Shown: one piece after another, positions 38,868-55,775 of the stretch
Layout: each line of letters starts with the position of its first letter
How positions within the stretch are numbered: the first letter of the stretch is position 1
Origin: Eledone cirrhosa
Lineage: Eukaryota
Assembly (NCBI GenBank): GCA_964016885.1
Contig: OZ024750.1
Coordinates: forward strand, 44,950,001 to 45,014,000
Direction: 5' to 3'
DNA: 64,000 nt
Made by a program: the position numbers and the translations under genes
The notes under the pieces: generated by a model
What the model was told of the DNA's origin: nothing
Databases searched by the model: none
The model's input: only the letters and a program-made list of their open reading frames with translations

Positions 38868-40433
38868 GTGGTGGTGGTGGTGGTGGTGGTGTTGTTGATG
38901 GTGGAGGTGGTAGAGGCGGTGGTGGTGTTGAGGGTGGAGACGATGGTGGTGTTGGTGTTGATTGTGGAGGTGGTAGAGGCGGTGGTGGTGTTGATGGTGG
39001 AGGCGGTGGTGGTGTTGGTGTTGATGGTGGAGGTGGTTGTGGTGATGTTGATGGTGGAGGTGGTAGAGGCGGTGTTGGTGTTGATGGTGGAGGCGGTGGT
39101 GGTGTTGATGGTGGAGGTGGTAGAGGCGGCGGTGGTGTTGATGGTGGAGGTGGTCGAGGCGGTGGTGTTGATTGTGGAGGTGGTAGAGGCAGTGGTGGTG
39201 TTGGTGTTGATGGTGGAGGTGGTAGAGGCGGTGTTGGTGTTGATGGTGGAGGTGGTCGAGGCGGTGGTGTTGATTGTGGAGGTGGTAGAGGCGGTGGTGG
39301 TGTTGATGTTGATGGTGGTGGTGGTTGTGGTGGTGTTGATGGTGGAGGTGGTAGAGGCGGTGGTGGTGTTGATGGTGGAGGTGGTAGAGGCGGTGGTGGT
39401 GTTGGTGTTGATGGTGGTGGTGGTTGTGGTGGTGTTGATGGTGGAGGTGGTAGAGGCGATGGTGGTGTTGGTGTTGATGGTGGTGGTGGTTGTGGTGCTG
39501 TTGATGGTGGAGGTGGTAGAGGTGGTGGTGGTGTTGATGGTGGAGGTGGTAGAGGCGGTGGTGGTGTTGGTGTTGATGGTGGTGGTGGTTGTGGTGATGT
39601 TGATGGTGGAGGTGGTAGAGGCGGTGGTGGTGTTGATGGTGGATGTGGTAGAGGCGGTGGTGGTGTTGGTGTTGATGGTGGTGGTGGTTGTGGTGGTGTT
39701 GATGGTGGAGGTGGTAGAGGCGATGGTGGTGTTGGTGTTGATGGTGGTGGTGGTTGTGGTGCTGTTGATGGTGGAGGTGGTAGAGGTGGTGGTGGTGTTG
39801 ATGGTGGAGGTGGTAGAGGCGGTGGTGGTGTTGGTGTTGATGGTGGTGGTGGTTGTGGTGGTGTTGATGGTGGAGGTGGTAGAGGCGGTGGTGGTGTTGA
39901 TGGTGGAGGTGGTAGAGGCGGTGGTGGTGTTGGTGTTGATGGTGGTGGTGGTTGTGGTGGTGTTGATGGTGGAGGTGGTAGAGGCGGTGGTGGTGTTGAT
40001 GGTGGAGGCGATGGCGGTGTTGGTGTTGATGATGGAGGTGGTTGTGGTGGTGTTGATGGTGGAGGCGGTTGTGGTGGTGTTGATGATGGAGGTGGTAGAG
40101 GCGGTGGTGGTGTTGAGGGTGGAGGCGATGGTGGTGTTGATAGTGGAGGAGGCGGTGGTGGTGGTGGTGATGATGATGGTGGTGCTGGTGGTTTTTGCTG
40201 TTGATGGTACAGGCAGCGGCGGCGGTGGTGGCGGTGGCGGTGGTGGTGTTGGCGGTAGTAGTGGTGGCAGCGGCGGTAGTGGTGAATGTGGTGATGATGG
40301 TGTTGGTGGTGGAGATGGTGGACATGTTGATGATGGTGGTGGTGGCGGTGTTGGTGTTGCTAGTGGAGGCGATGTTAGTGTTGGTGGTGGTGGTGGTGGT
40401 GGTTTTGGTGTTGGCAGTGGTGATGGTGGTGGA
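38868..40433. repeat. (GGT)-based higher-order minisatellite
   Basis: Recurring GGTGTTGATGGTGGAGGTGGTAGAGGC and GGTGGTTGTGGT modules with larger internal duplications. Confidence 0.95.
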
Positions 40434-40778
40434 ATGAGTTGTGTTAACAGAGTTGCTACATTGACACTCCACCATTCTCTCTGGTGACTGATGAAGGTGT
40501 GTTAGTTAGTGTTTACTTTGTTTGACAAACCATCGTAACACCGTCGTTTCGATTGTCGTTCGTCGACGAGAAGAGTTAATCTCTCGTTTCACTAGTCGGA
40601 CCAGTTGGTGTACACTGTGCCAGGCTGGAAGATACATCTTGGAAGCCAATGACTGGAATCAGTTGTTAGACATGGCCTGGGCCTATACTGGCCGAAACCT
40701 ATCTAAGTTATTTGAGTAATAGGTATTTTATTTACACACCGAGTAATATAATAATTATATTCTGAGACAAAGAAAGGA

Positions 40779-40995
40779 GGGTGGATTGGCAGTATCGGTA
40801 GAGGGTCGGACGCCATGCTTTGCAGCATAGAGTTACGCCACTTTACGGTCTGAGTTCAAATCCCGCCGAGGTTAACTTTGCCTTTCATCCTTACGGGCTC
40901 GATAACATAAAGTACCAGTAATGTACTGGGGTCGATTTAATCGACTTTCCCCTCTCCCCGAATTACTGGCCTTGTGCCTATAGTAGAAACCATTA
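40779..40995 (+). mobile_element. SINE family S1 (long variant), followed by ~28-bp tandem repeats to ~41152
   Basis: S1 consensus, then repeated TATTTACACACACATTAATA..ATAG. Confidence 0.85.
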
Positions 40996-41285
40996 TTTAC
41001 ACACACATTAGTATAATAGGTATATTTACACACATTAATACGATAGATATATTTACACACACATTAATATAATAGGTATATTTACACACATTAATACGAT
41101 AGATATATTTACACACACATTAATATAATAGATATATTATGTACACACATTAACAAAGGCAAGCAAAGCACAGAAAGTGATTTGTTTATTTAAGTCTCTT
41201 TTCTGGAAATTAGTTTATCTATCTATCTATCTATCTGTCTAAATATCTATCTATCTATCTATCTATCTATTTTCTCTATCTATCA

Positions 41286-42170
41286 AATGGAACGCCTACT
41301 CTTCAAGTTCTTCTGGAAGAATGAGGCTCCATTGGTGAGGAGATCCATCTGCTGTCAACACCCTTCTAACGGAGGGCTGGGCATGCCATGGCTGATGATG
41401 CGCAAATAGGCGCTGAGGCTACGCCATCTCCAGGTATTCCTGACCGGTGAACCGATGTGGCTGTCGTTTGTGAGACGAGCTCTTCCACAACTAGACTCAC
41501 TAACAGAGCTGCTGTTCTGGGTCAAGCGAACAGGGCATCGAAACCGTCCTGCACGCAATTATTCAGTGTCCGGGGTGACCGACTTGTGGAAATATGTCAA
41601 ACAGCTACTGTCACGTGTGGGACGCAACCACTTGTCAGCCGAGTCCATCGTGAGCATCACCCCGCCGCCTTCATTTAAGAATGAAGGAGAGGCGGTGTTC
41701 CTCTGTCAGGTGGCTATGGCGAAAGAGGTAATATGGTGGACGAGGCTAAAAGGACTGAGGGCAAACACCTTTCTCTCCGGACAACAACTTATCCCCTTCT
41801 TTAACTACCACTTCAGAAGGAAGGTGAGAGTGGAGAGAGAGAGGTGCTACACCCCAGTAAATTTGCTGAAAGGGGGGTGAATGTGGTGAAAATGGCCCGG
41901 GTGAATCGGCCTATAGGTTGAGGAAGATAAACAGAGGGAAGACAGGAATACCTACAGAACGTGTTCCTGGTGTTTAGGGTTGTTCTATCCACGGGGTAAA
42001 ACACTCCGCAGTAACGTTACCCCTCACACCCGACCCCTAATGGGGATTTCAATTGTTTTATTTTATATAGTTTATTGTCATTTATCATTGTTAAAGATTT
42101 TATGTAAACCCCCCACCGTCATGTCTTGCAATGTTCCATTTGTGTACGTCCCTCTGGCAAATAAAGAAAG
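41286..42170 (+). mobile_element. L1/Tx1-like LINE 3' fragment in (ATCT)n
   Basis: ERLLFKFFWKNEAPLVRRSICCQHPSNGGLGMP (L1/Tx1 post-RT motif), LWKYVKQLL..AKEVIWWTR; ends GGCAAATAAAGAAA then (ATCT)n. Confidence 0.8.
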
Positions 42171-42197
42171 ATATCTATCTATCTATCTATATATCTA

Positions 42198-42779
42198 TGT
42201 GGAACTATGCAGAACAACTGCTGTCGCGTATGGGACAAATACAGTTGACTGCCGAGTCCATAGTAAGGATCAAACCGCCAGACTCTTTCAAAAACGAAAG
42301 AGAGGCGGTTTTCCTCTGTACGGTGGCTATGGTGAAAGAAGTTATATGGTGGACGAGGTTGAGAGGACTGAGGACAGATGCCTTTCTCTCCGGACAACAA
42401 TTGATTCCCTTCTTTAAGTATCACTTTAGAAGGAGAATCAGGGTGGAGAGAGAGGCACTGCACCCCAGTAAATTTACTGAAAGGTGGGTGAATGAAGCGA
42501 AAATGGCCCGAGTGATTGGGCCTTCTCTGTTTATAAGCCTGTAGGTTGAGGAAGAGAGCAAAAGGAAGAAAGGAGCACTTGCACAACACGCTCCTTGAGT
42601 TGAGGGTTGTTCTATCGACGGGGTATTAAACAACCCATTTGTGGCGCCTCCCCCCTATTGGGGATTTCGATTGTTGAAATTGTTTTTTTTTATATTTTTT
42701 ACACGACTGTATGTAAAATCCCCGGCATGTCTTTGTATTGTCCCCTTTCTTGTTGCGCCCTTGTGGCTAATAAAGAAAT
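42198..42779 (+). mobile_element. Second, diverged L1/Tx1-like 3' fragment in (ATCT)n
   Basis: WNYAEQLLSRMG..VKEVIWWTRLRG..SKFTERWV; ends GGCTAATAAAGAAA then (ATCT)n. Confidence 0.8.
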
Positions 42780-42876
42780 CTATCTATATATCTATCTAAT
42801 TTCCCCTCTCTCTACAACACTCAATCTATCTATCTATCTATCTCTCTATCTCTCTATCTATATATCTATCTACCTC

Positions 42877-42907
<31 letters not shown>

Positions 42908-43040
42908 CTCTATCTATCTAACCACACGTTTACCAGCCCCGCCCCTACTCACACACGAACACAAGCGTGCGAGCACATGCAATCACGTAGATATTCTCCA
43001 CATATTTCTGCTATCGATTTCCCTTATAATGTACATTATA

Positions 43041-43135
<95 letters not shown>

Positions 43136-43145
43136 TATATATATA

Positions 43146-43408
<263 letters not shown>

Positions 43409-43412
43409 GTCC

Positions 43413-43516
<104 letters not shown>

Positions 43517-44354
43517 GGATATATATATACATATATATATATATACATATATATACATGCATATATATTTTAAAGTGGAGACGGTAAAGAGAAAATAAAA
43601 AAAAAACAACATGGAAGCGAAGAGGCAGTACATGGTAATATTAGTTTCACGCTTGACAGTGGGGGGTGGGAGACGACGTTTTGGGCCTAAGCCCTTCATC
43701 ATGAGAAAAGTGGGCGGGAAGAGAGTTCCGAGTGTGTGTGGGGGAGTGGTGGGAAGACATTAAAGGGGGGGGGGTATTTTTTTAGAGAGTAAAAAAAAAA
43801 AAGAAAAAGAAACAAGTAGAGAAAGGGTGTGAGGCGTGTAGTGGTGGTGGTGGGTGGAAGGGGTGGATGGGGGAGGATGATGGAGACGGGGGGACCGAGC
43901 GGGGAGGGCTGAGGTGGTGTGTGTGTATGTGTGTAGGTGTACGTGTGTGTGTGTGTGTGTGAATGTTGGGGAAAAACGAGATTCCATGTTCGCGTAATAG
44001 CAAAACCGGTGTGTACATGTGGTGGGGTGTATCTCGGTGTGTGTGGGCGTGTGGATGGAGAGGGCTCAGAGGGGGTGGAGGAGAGAGGGCGTGTGGAGTC
44101 AGGAGGCTGAGTGTGTGTATGTGAGGAAACGCACATATGTGTGTGTGTATGTGTGTTTATATGTGGTGTGGATGTATGGTTGCGTGGTGCTAAAATAATG
44201 TAAGTGTTTGTGTGCGTATGTGTGTGTTTTCCTGGAGTTCTTCCACGGACTGTATATAATACATATGTGTGAGTGTCTGTGTGTGTGTGTGTGTGAGAGC
44301 GAGAAATAGAGATGAAAAGAGAGAGAGAGAGAGAGAGTGAAATAGAGAGAGAGA

Positions 44355-44416
<62 letters not shown>

Positions 44417-44710
44417 TTATGTGTGTGCGTTTCTGTGCAACGCTGCAATATATATCTGTGTATAAATCTATAGACTGTCAGAAACTGTGCCACCAAATAT
44501 GTCGACACTTTGTAACTGAAACCGAACAACAGTGGTTGTGAAGCGGGATTTCGAACCGCACAACATATACCTCTGCCTTTGTTTGTTAATCAATTATAAT
44601 CTAATTACTTATTGAAATAATTATCCAAGTATTTATTTAATTATACAGTAAGCTATGTACGAAGTTATCTAGTCATATATACTCGTTATTATATATATAT
44701 ATATACACAC

Positions 44711-44750
<40 letters not shown>

Positions 44751-44812
44751 GTATATATATATATATACACACACACATATATATATACACACACACACAC
44801 ATATATATATAT

Positions 44813-44896
<84 letters not shown>

Positions 44897-44917
44897 GTGT
44901 GTATATATATATATATA

Positions 44918-44965
44918 CGTCGAAACGGCTTCAGCTCTGCCGTCGGTGTCTTGAACATTTTCCTA
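44918..44965. mobile_element. Family H fragment (HHR 3'-half only)
   Basis: CGTCGAAACGGCTTCAGCTCTGCCGTCGGTGTC. Confidence 0.65.
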
Positions 44966-45179
44966 TATATTTTCCTATATATATATATGACTAGATAACT
45001 GAGTACATAGTTAACAAAATGTAGATGTGTGGTTCAGATTTGAAATGCAATTTGATAGGTTGATGAAGATCACGTGATTAGGCATTACATTTTGTGTGTC
45101 ATGGTTGTTTCAGTTTTATGCGGAAAGTTGTCTCAAATTATATAAGAAAGACATATAGAGGAAGAATTGACCACAGAAT

Positions 45180-45568
45180 TAGACTGGTACATTTTTATCT
45201 ATCTCGAAAGGATGAAAAGTAAAGTTGACCTCAGCGGGATCTGAACTTAGAGAGCAAAAAGCTGGAATGAATAACATTAAGCATTTTATCCGACGTTCTA
45301 AAGACTCTGCCAATTAGCCTTGAATAAAATGTATTTTCTTTAAACGTATAACATTTACATACTCTACTTTTACTATTATATTTTCATGGTAAAGGCTTTA
45401 CTTCACATACATATCTCACATAATATCGAATCTATGAGATTTTGATATTATTTATTTTGAGAACAATAGCTTAACATCAGTATGAGCGGCCAGTTACAGC
45501 CGGTGTGGACAGAAAGAAGTGAGAGAATTCAGGCCGGATACAGCCGGTATAAATGCTAAAGTGTTTTA
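45180..45568 (-). mobile_element. S1 SINE remnant (45180-45320) and MITE copy homologous to 24592-24833 (~45340-45568)
   Basis: GAAAGGATGAAAAGTAAAGTTGACCTCAGCGGGA; GTGAGAGAATTC..GGCCGGATA..AAATGCTAAA. Confidence 0.65.
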
Positions 45569-45788
45569 AAGAAGATATATAGATTCCCTAGTCGTATCGG
45601 CTGGTAACCACAGATATAAAGGTACTCAATACTTTGTAAAGTAAATCCTTAAGAATGTTATTACTTGTGATTATATACGAATGAAACAGTTCTATTGCTG
45701 TGGAAGTCATTTCTATATATAATAAAGATACACACACACAGTCACACACAAATATATATCCATGTATATATATATGCATACATATATG

Positions 45789-45857
<69 letters not shown>

Positions 45858-45860
<3 letters not shown>

Positions 45861-46097
45861 TTTTGCGAGGTTTTTTATATGAAATCGTGTGTCGAAGCAG
45901 ATATTGTTATACTTGGGGAGGGTCATATTTGCGTAATATTATTTTGGACCGCCGGTCAGTCAATGGCAACATTGAGGACCGAGTAAGTTAGATCGCAGAT
46001 ATAATAAAAGACAGCGAGAAGCGAAACCAACCAAACAGTGAGTGTGTTCTGTTATTAATTCTGGCAATATTACGCAAATATGACCCTCCCCAAGTAT

Positions 46098-46105
<8 letters not shown>
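45858..46105. mobile_element. (TA)n-inserted cassette with 40-bp inverted repeats (family T; terminal motif ATGACCCTCCCCAAGTATAACAATAT)
   Basis: 45901-45940 is the reverse complement of 46066-46105; homologues at 60291-60510 and 62500-62640; motif also at 5607, 9271 and 59563. Confidence 0.8.
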
Positions 46106-46149
<44 letters not shown>

Positions 46150-46271
46150 CAGAAGATCCCGTTAAGGGTGAAAGCTGCGGTTCTTTGCTTAAACTTTAAT
46201 ATGTTATTTATATATATATAATCCTTATCGAGCCCTCTTCGGATTTTAGTCTTCACATTTATTATTATTAC

Positions 46272-46303
<32 letters not shown>

Positions 46304-46360
46304 GATATATAAATATACTTATATATTTGTATGTATATTTATATATGAAAGATATATACT

Positions 46361-46417
<57 letters not shown>

Positions 46418-46419
<2 letters not shown>

Positions 46420-46536
46420 CGAAGGAGGTGTGGTCAGGAACCAGATGGACCAGAGTACTCAATACTTAGGGTATTTCTGGACAGAAATAATCGTGAAACG
46501 GCTTGAGCTCTGACGTTGGGGTCTAATATTTTCTTA
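46418..46536. mobile_element. Family H element (deleted)
   Basis: AACGAAGGAGGTGTGGTCAGGAACCAGATGGACC..TATTTCTGGACAGAAATA..GAAACGGCTTGAGCTCTG. Confidence 0.75.
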
Positions 46537-46582
46537 TATATATATATACATATATATGTGTGTATATATAGATATAGATACA

Positions 46583-49680
<3,098 letters not shown>

Positions 49681-50444
49681 ATAGTATCAAAAACACCACG
49701 ACCACCACCACTGCCACCGACAACAACAACGTCAACATCAACAATCAAATTAATACAATAAAATAAATATGTTAAATTAAATAAACGTACACATCTAATT
49801 AAATGGTAGTCAACTTAATTGATTAATTAATATACTGGAAACCCCTCCTTTCCCTCCTACCACACCTCTCCATTTACAAATTACTTTCTATGATAATATT
49901 ATCACGTTTCACAACCCCCCACCCCTCCCCTCTATCTTAGCCCTTTTCTCTTTCCCGCCTTTTCTTCCTACTTATCACACTTTATCTTATTTTATACTTT
50001 AGTGGTTGCTTTTTATAAGATCACTTCTTCTTCATCTATTTCTTCTTCTTCTTCTTCTTATTATTATTATTATTATTATTATTATTCCTCTCACTATTGT
50101 TGTTCTTATCATTATTATTACTTGCCGACACCCTAACATGTTCCGTCACACTGCGCACCCCTTAGCAATAACAAACAAACAAATAGACTAACAAATAAAC
50201 AAACCTCATTAATAGGAGATTACACTGTCTATGACCTATCATTACTTTTTATATATCAGCATCGTGGCTAGCTGTGAAAGCGTGGAGGCGTGTGGCGCGA
50301 GGTGAGAGGCACGGGGCAAGTCTCGTAAATTAGATCAATCGCCACCGTTTATCTACCCACGGATCTGGATCCATAGACCCAAATTTAATTTTTGCTTAAA
50401 ACCATTTTCTCATCATCAATATTGCTAATGGACATTTAGCATCC

Positions 50445-50995
50445 GGATTTCACCTGCCATCCATGTTATAAAATGGTCCTGTCCGTCTTCTCCCTATTTC
50501 ACCTGCCATCCATGTCATAAAGTGGTCCATTCCTCCTCCAATTTCACATCCCATCTTTATTAAGTGTTCCCTTCCTCCCCAATTTCATCCCATCCCTGTT
50601 ATTAGGTGGTCCATTCCTCCCTCAATTTCACCTACCATCTCTGTTATTAGGTGGTCCATTTATGCCCCTATTTCACCTGCCATCCATGTTATTAATTGGT
50701 CCTATCCTATCCTCTCCCTATATCACCCCCCTCCCATCCATGTTATAAAATGGTCCATTCCTCTCCCTATTTCACCCTTCATCCATGTTATTAAGTGGTC
50801 CTTCCTCTTCCTATTTCACTTCCCATCCATGTTATAACGTGGGCCATTCCTCTCCCAATTTCACCTCCCATCCCTGTTATTAGGTGGTCCATTCATCCCC
50901 CTATATCACCTCCCATCCACGTTATTAAGTGTTCCGTTCTTCCCCTATTTCACCTCCCATCCTTGTTATTAAGAGGTCCATTTCTCTCCCTATTC
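50445..50995. repeat. ~45-bp minisatellite
   Basis: Unit ATTTCACCTCCCATCCATGTTATTAAGTGGTCCATTCCTCTCCCT, ~12 diverged copies. Confidence 0.9.
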
Positions 50996-51501
50996 AACAA
51001 AATCAATATCTCTATTTGGAGAATTTATCATTTTTATATTTTTATACTTTAATACCATTATTAACTTTAGTCATTCTACTGCAGCAATGTATTAGCCTCA
51101 CCTGAGAAGACATTTAGTAAATAGTATCGACCCCAATGACTTTTCGTCGATTATAACAACCATAAGGTGTTATGCTTATTGGTAACGGCTCTGATGTGTC
51201 TTCTGAGTTCTTTTAAACGTAAAATCCTCAAAACTCTCAGCTGGGGTTTAAACTGAGAGATAGTATAAGCAATAGAAATACCAATGGAAGTGCATCGTTC
51301 CGTTGTATTCCATTTCCAAAAGTGCTGTAGATTATATGAGCGTTTCTGAAGGGTTTCAGAGCAGATGTTCTCAAATATTTGCCCACCCCATTATGGCCAC
51401 GTAATAACCTCAGCGCCTCCACCCCTATTTCTAGAGAGATCTACCTACGCGCAAATTGTAAATTATATATAATAAATAAATTCGTTAATTTCTTCTTCTT
51501 C

Positions 51502-51539
<38 letters not shown>

Positions 51540-51684
51540 AGTAAGAATATTTTCGAAACAGCGAGTGGGTTTGAAATAATTGTAAATGTAAGCTATCGCC
51601 GTATTTTGACTAAAGAAATTAAAGAAATTATTTAGCCTGATAGTGGGGTTAAGAACCCTCGGAGAAATGGGAAAAGATGAGTAT

Positions 51685-51756
51685 TGAGGTACATGGGAGT
51701 CGAGCCCACATCTTTGGTTATCCGGACCACTGTGCTACCATTTACACCAACACATC
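51685..51756 (-). pseudogene. tRNA-like sequence (pseudogene or SINE head)
   Basis: Minus: TGGTGTAAATGGTAGCAC D-arm, TGGT CCGGATA ACCA anticodon-like arm, GTGGG CTCGACT CCCAT T-arm; acceptor stem poorly paired. Confidence 0.5.
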
Positions 51757-51999
51757 ATCCGTCTTTTTATATATTCATTATCATCATATATATATATTCA
51801 TCATCATCATCATCATCATCATGTTCTTCTTCGTGTTCTACTAAATCCCCCTCCTCCTCCTCCCCCTCCCCCTTAATAATTTGAACCTAGCTCCACCTTA
51901 TTTCTGATCCAAACTGGCTTTACCCCTCAAAACACACTACATACCACTCACCACTGTCACCTTACTTATACCTTGGCTATTGATTTCCATCTAAACGTT

Positions 52000-52490
52000 A
52001 GCCCGACACACATCCCTCACTCGACCCCGACACTCATACCTCACTACAGCCCGACACTCATACCTCACTCCAGCCCGACACTCATACATCACTCCACCCC
52101 GACACACATACCTCACTTCACCCCGACACTCATACCTCACTCAAGACCGACACTCATACCTCACTCCACCCCGTCACACATCCCACCCTCAACCCCGACA
52201 CACATCCCTCACTCCACCCCGACACTCATACATCACTCCACCCCGTCACACATCCCTCCCTCCACCCCGACACTCATACCCACACACAACCCAGACACAC
52301 ATCTCTCACTCCACCCCGACACTCGTACCTCATTCCACCCCGACACTCGTACCTCACGCCACCCCGACACACATCCCTCATTCCACCCCGACACTCGTAC
52401 CTCACGCCACCCCGACAGACATACCTCATTCCACCCCGACACTCATACTCACACTCCACCCGACATACATACCCCACCCCGACGCCCTCA
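52000..52490. repeat. 24-bp minisatellite
   Basis: Unit CCCCGACACTCATACCTCACTCCA, ~20 copies. Confidence 0.9.
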
Positions 52491-52589
52491 CCGATATTCA
52501 TGGACAAATCACAAAAAAACAACTTTATCTAGACTAAATTTGTTTAATGTTTTCAAACTCTTTACATTTTCCATCATCATCATCACCTT

Positions 52590-53800
52590 CAACGTCTTAA
52601 ATATACCCAGTTGCTTTATATACCCATCTACCCCCCCCCCATATAACGTTTATATACGCTTTATACACCCATCTACCAACTCATAAATAGACCGTTTATA
52701 TACGCTTTATACACCCATCTACCAACCACAAATAGAACGTTTATATACGCTTTATATACCCATCTATCAACTCATAAATAGACCGTTTATATACGCTTTA
52801 TACACCCATCTACCAACCACAAATAGAACGTTTATACACGCTTTATACACCCATCTGCCAACCACAAATATAACGTTTATATACGCTTTATATACCCATC
52901 TACCAAGCCCCCAATATAACGTTTATATACGCTTTATATACCCATCTACCAACCACCAATAGAACGTTTATACACATTTTATATACCCATCTACCAACAA
53001 CCAATATAATGTTTATATACGCTTTATATACCCATCTACCAAGCCCCCAATATAACGTTTACATACACTTTATATACCCATCTACCAAGCGCCCAATATA
53101 ACGTTTATATACGCTTTATATACCCATCTACCAACCACCAATAGAACGTTTATACACGCTTTATATACCCATCTACCAAGCCCCCAATATAACGTTTATA
53201 TACGCTTTATATACCCATCTACCAAGCCCCCAATATAACGTTTATATACGCTTTATATACCCATCTACCAAGCCCCCAATATAACGTTTATATACACTTT
53301 ATATACCCATCTACCAAGCGCCCAATATAACGTTTATATACGCTTTATACACCCATCTACCAACCACCAATAGAACGTTTATACACGCTTTATATACCCA
53401 TCTACCAACAACCAATATAACGTTTATATACGCTTTATATACCCATCTACCAAGCCCCCAATATAACGTTTATATACACTTTATATACCCATCTACCAAG
53501 CGCCCAATATAACGTTTATATACGCTTTATACACCCATCTACCAACCACCAATAGAACGTTTATACACGCTTTATATACCCATCTACCAACAACCAATAT
53601 AACGTTTATATACACTTTATATACCCATCTACCAAGCGCCCAATATAACGTTTATACACGCTTTATATGCCCATGTAACAACCACCAATAGACCGTTTAT
53701 ATACGCTTTATATACCCATCTACCAAGCCCCCAATATAACGTTTATATACACTTCATACACCCATGTAACAACCACCAATATAACGTTTATACACGCTTT
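52590..53800. repeat. 46-bp minisatellite
   Basis: Unit AACGTTTATATACGCTTTATATACCCATCTACCAAGCCCCCAATAT, ~26 copies with alternating variants. Confidence 0.95.
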
Positions 53801-54029
53801 TGTTAAGTTTCCGTTTAAAGGAATGCAATAACTTTCAAAAAAATAATTTTTTAAGTTTGTTTGGTATATATTCATTTATTTATAGATTTATTTACTAGTT
53901 TTATTTAAATCTATAAAATACTTCTATTCTTCTGTTGAGTGCAGTTTGAGTTTTGCAACTGTTTATGCATGTATGTATGTATGTACGTATGTAAATGTAG
54001 GTATATACGTTAGTATGTATGTAAGTGAG

Positions 54030-54127
54030 TAGCATGCATGTATGTATGTATATATGTATGAATGTATGTATGTATGCATGTATATATATATATATATATG
54101 TGTATGTGTATATGTCTATATATGTCC

Positions 54128-54169
<42 letters not shown>

Positions 54170-54268
54170 GGACATATATAGACATATACACATACACATA
54201 TATATATATATATACATGCATACGTACATACATTCATACATATATACATACATACATACATGCATGCT

Positions 54269-54272
<4 letters not shown>
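54030..54272. repeat. Palindrome centred on a (TA)n tract
   Basis: GTAGCATGCATGTATG..GTCTATATATGTCCATT-(AT)n-AATGGACATATATAGAC..CATGCATGCTAC. Confidence 0.85.
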
Positions 54273-54347
<75 letters not shown>

Positions 54348-54479
54348 CATATTTATACATATATATTTATAAAATTGATGTAATTCCAAACAAATAAAAA
54401 AATACTAAATTGAAAAACTCATAAAAAATATAAGCCAAAGGAATAAAAGTGGAGCAGACTAAAGATATGGGTTGATACT

Positions 54480-54533
<54 letters not shown>

Positions 54534-54575
54534 GTATATATATATATATAATGTATATATATATATAATGTATAT

Positions 54576-54612
<37 letters not shown>

Positions 54613-54658
54613 TTTATTTATATATATATATATTTTATTTTTATATATGTATATATAT

Positions 54659-54771
<113 letters not shown>

Positions 54772-54847
54772 CATATATATATATTTATGCATATATGTAT
54801 ATATATATATATAGACATACATATATATATATATGTATTTATGTATA

Positions 54848-54882
<35 letters not shown>

Positions 54883-54891
54883 GTATTTATG

Positions 54892-54926
<35 letters not shown>

Positions 54927-54931
54927 GTATT

Positions 54932-54972
<41 letters not shown>

Positions 54973-55608
54973 GCTTATATATATATGTATATGTTCGTGC
55001 ACAAATACATACAAACATTCAAACATACATAGATACATATATACATGCACATATACATAGCACTATGTGTATTTGAATATGTTTGCTGAGCTCTGGGAAA
55101 ATCACTTAGTAATCGATAAAATATTCCGTATACAATATTGAACGGAAATGCAAAATATATTTTTATTTGCAATTTACCCCGTTTCTGAATGTTTTGTAAA
55201 GTGTGCTGGATCGTTGTATAAATCTGTGTATTTTTTATAGAGAATGTTTGAAGAAGGATTTTGGTGTTGATCCTGATGATGGTGATGATAGCGATAATGA
55301 TGATTATGGTTATCATGAAGATGATGATGTTGGAGGGGAGAGGAATTATGATGAGAGGAATTATGATAATGAAAGGCTATCATGACGATGATGATGATGA
55401 TGTTGGCGGGGAGAGGAATTATGATGATGAAAAGCACGGCAATGATGATGATATTACATAAGTAGGAAGTTTAACATCTCAAAATATAATATAGTTCAAA
55501 ATATACTTACATACTTGCATCCATACATACATAGAGACTTACATAGAAATATACAAACATACAGACGTACATACATACGTACATACATACCTACATACCT
55601 AAACATAA

Positions 55609-55658
<50 letters not shown>

Positions 55659-55683
55659 TTATCTATATATATATGTACATATA

Positions 55684-55775
<92 letters not shown>

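Noticed and set aside
51973-52686. 237-aa Pro/Thr/His-rich ORF
   Set aside because: Read-through of the 24-bp minisatellite, with a frameshift inside the array.
52590-53800. CRISPR-like appearance of the regular 46-bp repeats
   Set aside because: Contiguous tandem units without unique spacers, no cas genes, eukaryotic context.
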